Positions 59,693-64,000 of a stretch of DNA of 64,000 bases are shown here, one piece after another. The DNA comes from Pararhodobacter sp. (GTDB lineage Bacteria; Pseudomonadota; Alphaproteobacteria; Rhodobacterales; Rhodobacteraceae), in contig JAFIED010000006.1 of NCBI GenBank assembly GCA_020832805.1, forward strand, positions 15,336 to 79,335, in the 5' to 3' direction. Positions within the stretch are counted from its first letter, which is position 1, and every line of letters starts with the position of its first letter. Below the pieces are notes generated by a model. The model did no database searches. It was not told the DNA's origin and worked only from the letters and a program-made list of their open reading frames with translations. The position numbers and the translations under genes are program-made.

Positions 59693-60592
59693 CTACAGCC
59701 GCGCAAGCGCCCAGTCCAGCACCCGCAACGGCAAAAGCCGGCCTGCACCGGCCATGATCCAGGTCGGCACGGTGACGAAATAGCGTACACGCGGCCGGGG
59801 GCTTTCCAGCGCATGGATCAACCGCCGGGTCACGGCAGAGGCCGGCAGCTCGAACGTGTCGCGCTGTTCGGCCGACGCATACAGGCGCTTGCGCAGCGTG
59901 TTGCGATACTGGTCGGCGCGCGGGCTGGCCTGCCAGTCGATCCAGCGCTCGAACTGCCGGGCCGCGTTCTTTCGGAACATCGACGTGATCGGTCCGGGCT
60001 CGATCAGGATCACGCGGATGGGCGTGTCGCGCATTTCCATGCGCAGCACATGGGTCAGCCCCTCCAGCGCGAATTTCGAGGCCACATAGGCCCCGCGCCA
60101 GGGCATCGGCGCAAAACCCAGAACCGAGGAGCACTGCACCACCCGTCCATGCCCCTGCGCCCGCATTACCGGCAACACCCTGCGCGTCAGTTCGTGCCAA
60201 CCAAAGAAATTGGCCTCGAATATGGCGCGCAGGGCATCGGTAGGCACATCTTCGACCGCACCGGGTGTCGCATGGGCACCATTGTTGAACAGGGCATCCA
60301 GGCGCCCGCCGGTGGCGGCCAGCACGCTGTCCAGCGCATGGCCGATGCTGTCGGCGTCGGTGTAATCCAGTTGCGGGCTTTCAAACCCTTCGGCGCGCAG
60401 GCGCTGGCAATCCGCTTCCTGCCGGCAACTGGCAAAGACCCGCCAGCCGCGCTCCTTCAGGGTGCGCGCCGCATCCAGCCCGATCCCCGTAGAACAGCCG
60501 GTGATCAACACCGTACGCGGCCGGGCATCAATCACGGGGCCGGAAAGGGGATCATCACCACGCGGCAGTTCAGCGCCATGAGCGGCCGTCAT
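59693..60592 (-). CDS. SDR family oxidoreductase (YbbO-like)
   Basis: TGCSTGIG, FNNGA, YVASKFALEG, IEPGPI. Confidence 0.9.
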   Translation of the reverse strand: MTAAHGAELPRGDDPLSGPVIDARPRTVLITGCSTGIGLDAARTLKERGWRVFASCRQEADCQRLRAEGFESPQLDYTDADSIGHALDSVLAATGGRLDALFNNGAHATPGAVEDVPTDALRAIFEANFFGWHELTRRVLPVMRAQGHGRVVQCSSVLGFAPMPWRGAYVASKFALEGLTHVLRMEMRDTPIRVILIEPGPITSMFRKNAARQFERWIDWQASPRADQYRNTLRKRLYASAEQRDTFELPASAVTRRLIHALESPRPRVRYFVTVPTWIMAGAGRLLPLRVLDWALARL

Positions 60593-62052
60593 GCCTGCCC
60601 GTTCTCGGCGTCGCTGCGCGCCCAGGCGTCAAGCTTTCGATAGATCGTAGACGCCGAAACATCCAGTTCACGCGCCGCCTTTGGCACCGAACCGCCCTGC
60701 CGGCGCAGCGTATCCTCGATCACCATCCGTTCGATCTGCGCCAGCGTCCGCCCGGCCAATGCCCCCAGACCATCTGCCGCTTCGGGAGCCGCGCCGGACC
60801 ATGGCGCAGAGTTGGAGGCGGTGTCCGGGGCGGGGGCCTTGTCCGCCTCGGCCAGCAGATCAGGCGGCAGCATGGCGCGCGTCACCTGCGCACCGTCGTT
60901 CATCACCACCACATTGCGCAGCACATTGATCAGCTGACGCACATTGCCGGGCCATGACAGGCGGCGGAAAAGCTGCTTCACATCGCCTTCCAGCCCGTCG
61001 AAGGCGCGCCCCTCTTCGCGGGCCATCTCGACCAGCAGGGCTTGTGCGATCTCGATGACATCCTCGCCACGTTCCCGCAGGGGCGGCATGGCGATGGGCA
61101 CGACATGCAGCCGGTAATACAGATCTTCGCGGAACCTGCCCAGGCGCACCTCGTCCAGCGGGTTGCGGTTGGTCGCGCAGACGATGCGCACGTCAACCTT
61201 TCGGGGTTTGGTCGCCCCCACCGGTGTGATGGTCGATGTCTGCAGAAAGCGCAAAAGCTTGGTCTGCAGGTTCAGGTCCATCTCGCAGATTTCGTCCAGA
61301 AACAACGTCCCGCCGCTGGCCGCCGCTGCCGCACCCTGCTTGTCGTTGATGGCGCCGGTGAACGACCCGCGCAGATGCCCGAAAACCTCGGATTCCAGCA
61401 GATCGACGGGGATTGCACCGCAGTTCAGCGCAATGAACGGGCCGCGCGCACGAGGCGATGCCTGATGCACCGCCTCGGCGCACAGTTCCTTGCCGGTGCC
61501 GCTTTCGCCGGTAATGAATACCGTCGCCATGGACCGCGACACCGAACGTATCTTGGCATAGATCGTCTGCATCGCCGGCGACGTGCCGATGAACGGCGCC
61601 ATTGCCCGCGCCGTGGTGGCATGGCCTCGGCCATCGCTCCCACCCCTGTGGCTGAGCGCGCGAAAGGCGTTTTCGATGGCTGCAAGCAGGCGCGCCTCGT
61701 CAAAGGGCTTGACCAGAAACTCATGCGCCCCGGCGCGCATCATCTCGACCGCCTTGTTGATCGACCCATTGGCGGTAATCACGATGACGCGCGTATGAGG
61801 CTTGCCGGCAAGCATTTCCTGCATGACCTCAAGCCCGGTGCCGTCGGGCAACATCAGATCCAGCAAGACGACACGAGGCGTCAGCCGGGCAAAGGCGGCC
61901 AACCCGTCGGCCGCGGTGCCGCACACCTCGACCGTCTTGCCGTGGCGACGCAGGGCCGAGGCATAAACCATCTGCAACGATGGTGTGTCTTCGATCAGAA
62001 GGATGGTATCGCCAGGTTCGTCGCCGCCGGCTTCTGGGCTGGTGCTGGTCAT
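60589..62052 (-). CDS. sigma54-dependent response regulator (REC-AAA+-Fis HTH; LuxO/NtrC-like)
   Basis: LLIED, LLDLMLPD, GESGTGKE, ESEVFGH..GSFTGA, LFLDEI, WPGNVRQL, C-terminal HTH. Confidence 0.93.
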   Translation of the reverse strand: MTSTSPEAGGDEPGDTILLIEDTPSLQMVYASALRRHGKTVEVCGTAADGLAAFARLTPRVVLLDLMLPDGTGLEVMQEMLAGKPHTRVIVITANGSINKAVEMMRAGAHEFLVKPFDEARLLAAIENAFRALSHRGGSDGRGHATTARAMAPFIGTSPAMQTIYAKIRSVSRSMATVFITGESGTGKELCAEAVHQASPRARGPFIALNCGAIPVDLLESEVFGHLRGSFTGAINDKQGAAAAASGGTLFLDEICEMDLNLQTKLLRFLQTSTITPVGATKPRKVDVRIVCATNRNPLDEVRLGRFREDLYYRLHVVPIAMPPLRERGEDVIEIAQALLVEMAREEGRAFDGLEGDVKQLFRRLSWPGNVRQLINVLRNVVVMNDGAQVTRAMLPPDLLAEADKAPAPDTASNSAPWSGAAPEAADGLGALAGRTLAQIERMVIEDTLRRQGGSVPKAARELDVSASTIYRKLDAWARSDAENGQA

Positions 62053-62471
62053 TCTGAACCGGTCCGACGTGCTCGGCCCTCGATGATGGTGCACACGGCA
62101 TCGATCTGGCCACGCGTCACTGCCACCAGCGCATCACAGGCTTGACCCATTTCAGCCGCCAGTTGAAGCTGAACGGAAAGTTCGGCCAGCGGATTGGCCC
62201 CGATCGTGGCCGTCAGACCCTTCAGTTCATGCGCAAAGTGCGCCACGTCTTCCAACTGGCCGACGGCAAGCGCCTGCTGAATGCGCCGCAGATCGGCAAT
62301 GATCTGGGTACAAAGGCTTGCCTGCAGGGCCGCATCAGGCAGGGAAAGCAGGCTGTCAAGCACCTGAGCGTCGATCAGGGCTGAGTCGGCTTTTGCACCG
62401 TTGAGCTTGTCAGAGTTATCTGATTGCAACGTACCCTTGTGTTGCGAATGTTCTACTGAAATCCGGTCCAT
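62049..62471 (-). CDS. Hpt (histidine phosphotransfer) domain protein
   Basis: AHELKGLTATIGA Hpt signature; its stop overlaps the regulator start. Confidence 0.85.
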   Translation of the reverse strand: MDRISVEHSQHKGTLQSDNSDKLNGAKADSALIDAQVLDSLLSLPDAALQASLCTQIIADLRRIQQALAVGQLEDVAHFAHELKGLTATIGANPLAELSVQLQLAAEMGQACDALVAVTRGQIDAVCTIIEGRARRTGSE

Positions 62472-62675
62472 GACTTACCAATACATCGCTGCCGCTTGAA
62501 AATGAATACACGTCATGGATGAACACTTGCGCGACGATTTACAAGCGAAAGTGGCCTGAAAACCCCAGCGTCGCAGGAATTTTATCCGTTGCGAACGGGT
62601 TTTCGCGGCCTTGAAACTGCAACCGGGCATGCCCCGGCGACCGGAGCATGCCGCTTTCGCCGACCCGCGGCCGCC

Positions 62676-63998
62676 TCAGCGCGCGGGATAGCCGATGCCG
62701 TGCAGTGCTGCTGCAATCTCGTCCAGAATCGCCGGATCGTCGATCGTGGCGGGCATGGTGTAGGTGTCGCCATCGGCGATCTTGACCATGGTCGCACGCA
62801 AGATCTTGCCTGATCGGGTCTTGGGCAACCTGTCGACCACCACGGCAAGCTTGAACGCGGCCACCGGGCCTATTTTCTCGCGGACCAGCGTGACGGCTTC
62901 GCGCACCACCTCTGCATGATCCCGGGTCACGCCCTTGTTCAGGCACAGCAGCCCCAGCGGCAACTGCCCCTTCAGCGCATCCGCCACACCGATCACGGCA
63001 CATTCGCCCACATCCGGATGGCCGGCCAGCACCTCTTCCATGGCGCCGGTGGAAAGCCGGTGACCGGCGACGTTGATCACATCATCAGTGCGCGCCATGA
63101 TGTAGACATAACCGTCGTCGTCGATATACCCGGCATCGCCCGTCTCGTAGTGACCGGGGAAGGTGGCCAGATAGGATTTGACGAAACGGTCCTCGGCCTG
63201 CCACAGGTTCGGCAAGGTGCCTGGCGGCAAGGGCAGACGAATGGCAATGGCGCCAAGCTGACCGGGCGCGACCGGGTTGCCCCCCTCATCCAGCACGCGC
63301 ACATCATAACCGGGCATCGGCACCGAAGGGCTGCCGATCCTGACCGGCAAGGGCTCATACCCTTGCGGGTTGCCGCAGATGGGCCAGCCGGTTTCGGTCT
63401 GCCACCAGTGATCGATCACCGGCACCTTCAGCTTTTCCTGTGCCCAGATCACCGTATCGGGGTCGGCACGCTCGCCGGCCAGATACAGCGCGCGCAGGCT
63501 GGACGTGTCATAGCGTTCCACGAATTCACCTGCCGGGTCCTCGCGTTTGATGGCGCGAAAGGCGGTGGGCGCGGTAAAGAAGCTGACCACGCCATATTCC
63601 TGGATGATGCGCCAGAAGGTACCGGCATCAGGTGTGCCCACGGGCTTGCCTTCGAACACAATGGTCGTGGCCCCGTGCAGCAACGGCGCATAGACGATGT
63701 AGCTGTGCCCAACGACCCAGCCCACGTCAGAGGCCGTCCAGAACACCTCGCCGGGATTGACGTTGTAGTGATTCTTCATCGTCCACGCCAGCGCGACCAG
63801 ATAACCGGCGGTGGCCCGAATCACACCTTTCGGCTGTCCCGTGGTGCCCGAGGTGTACAGGATGTACAGCGGGTGGTTGCCCTCGACCGGTTCACAATCG
63901 GCCGGTTCGACACCGAACTGACATTCATGCCAATCCAGATCACGCCCCGGGGTCAGCTGCGCGACTTCCTGCTCACGCTGATAGATCACGCAGAATTC
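62676..63998 (-). CDS. prpE: propionate--CoA ligase (5' end outside window)
   Basis: YTSGTTGQPKG, SDVGWVVGHSYIVY, DHWWQTETG, RTDDVINVAGHRLST, LPKTRSGK. Confidence 0.9.
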   Translation of the reverse strand, partial: EFCVIYQREQEVAQLTPGRDLDWHECQFGVEPADCEPVEGNHPLYILYTSGTTGQPKGVIRATAGYLVALAWTMKNHYNVNPGEVFWTASDVGWVVGHSYIVYAPLLHGATTIVFEGKPVGTPDAGTFWRIIQEYGVVSFFTAPTAFRAIKREDPAGEFVERYDTSSLRALYLAGERADPDTVIWAQEKLKVPVIDHWWQTETGWPICGNPQGYEPLPVRIGSPSVPMPGYDVRVLDEGGNPVAPGQLGAIAIRLPLPPGTLPNLWQAEDRFVKSYLATFPGHYETGDAGYIDDDGYVYIMARTDDVINVAGHRLSTGAMEEVLAGHPDVGECAVIGVADALKGQLPLGLLCLNKGVTRDHAEVVREAVTLVREKIGPVAAFKLAVVVDRLPKTRSGKILRATMVKIADGDTYTMPATIDDPAILDEIAAALHGIGYPAR

Positions 63999-64000
63999 CG

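Overview
High-GC alphaproteobacterial chromosome segment; gene content and order point to Rhodobacteraceae. The left end (1-11.8 kb) holds a Hint-domain protein, a DUF1127-like peptide, a flavin monooxygenase, an orphan KpsM-like permease, USP+BCCT, an SLC13/TrkA-C permease, BenE and DegP. The right end (38.5-64 kb) is mostly housekeeping: metH, urease ureDAJBCEFG, HU, amn, HDAC-xseB-ispA-dxs, frmA, PCuAC with a RAPP-type leader, qor, an Hpt + sigma54 response-regulator pair, and prpE (cut by the window edge). The notable part is a ~26.6 kb catabolic cluster (11.84-38.44 kb). Six of its intergenic regions carry tandem copies of a 13-bp palindrome (ATTGT-N3-ACAAT), which is probably the operator of the resident GntR/FCD regulator. 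Its core is: a PPDK-like protein lacking the pyruvate barrel, a second stand-alone phospho-His swivel protein, a 518-aa protein of unknown function, an Rv1126c-like wHTH protein, and a three-subunit biotin carboxylase whose carboxyltransferase has altered metal ligands. Around the core are two phosphatases, two CoA ligases, two thiolases, beta-oxidation enzymes, dehydrogenases and a sugar-type ABC importer. I infer an uncharacterised phosphorylation/carboxylation catabolic pathway; the substrate cannot be determined from sequence. No rRNA, tRNA, CRISPR array, integrase or transposase was seen. All family calls come from motif recognition, not from database searches.
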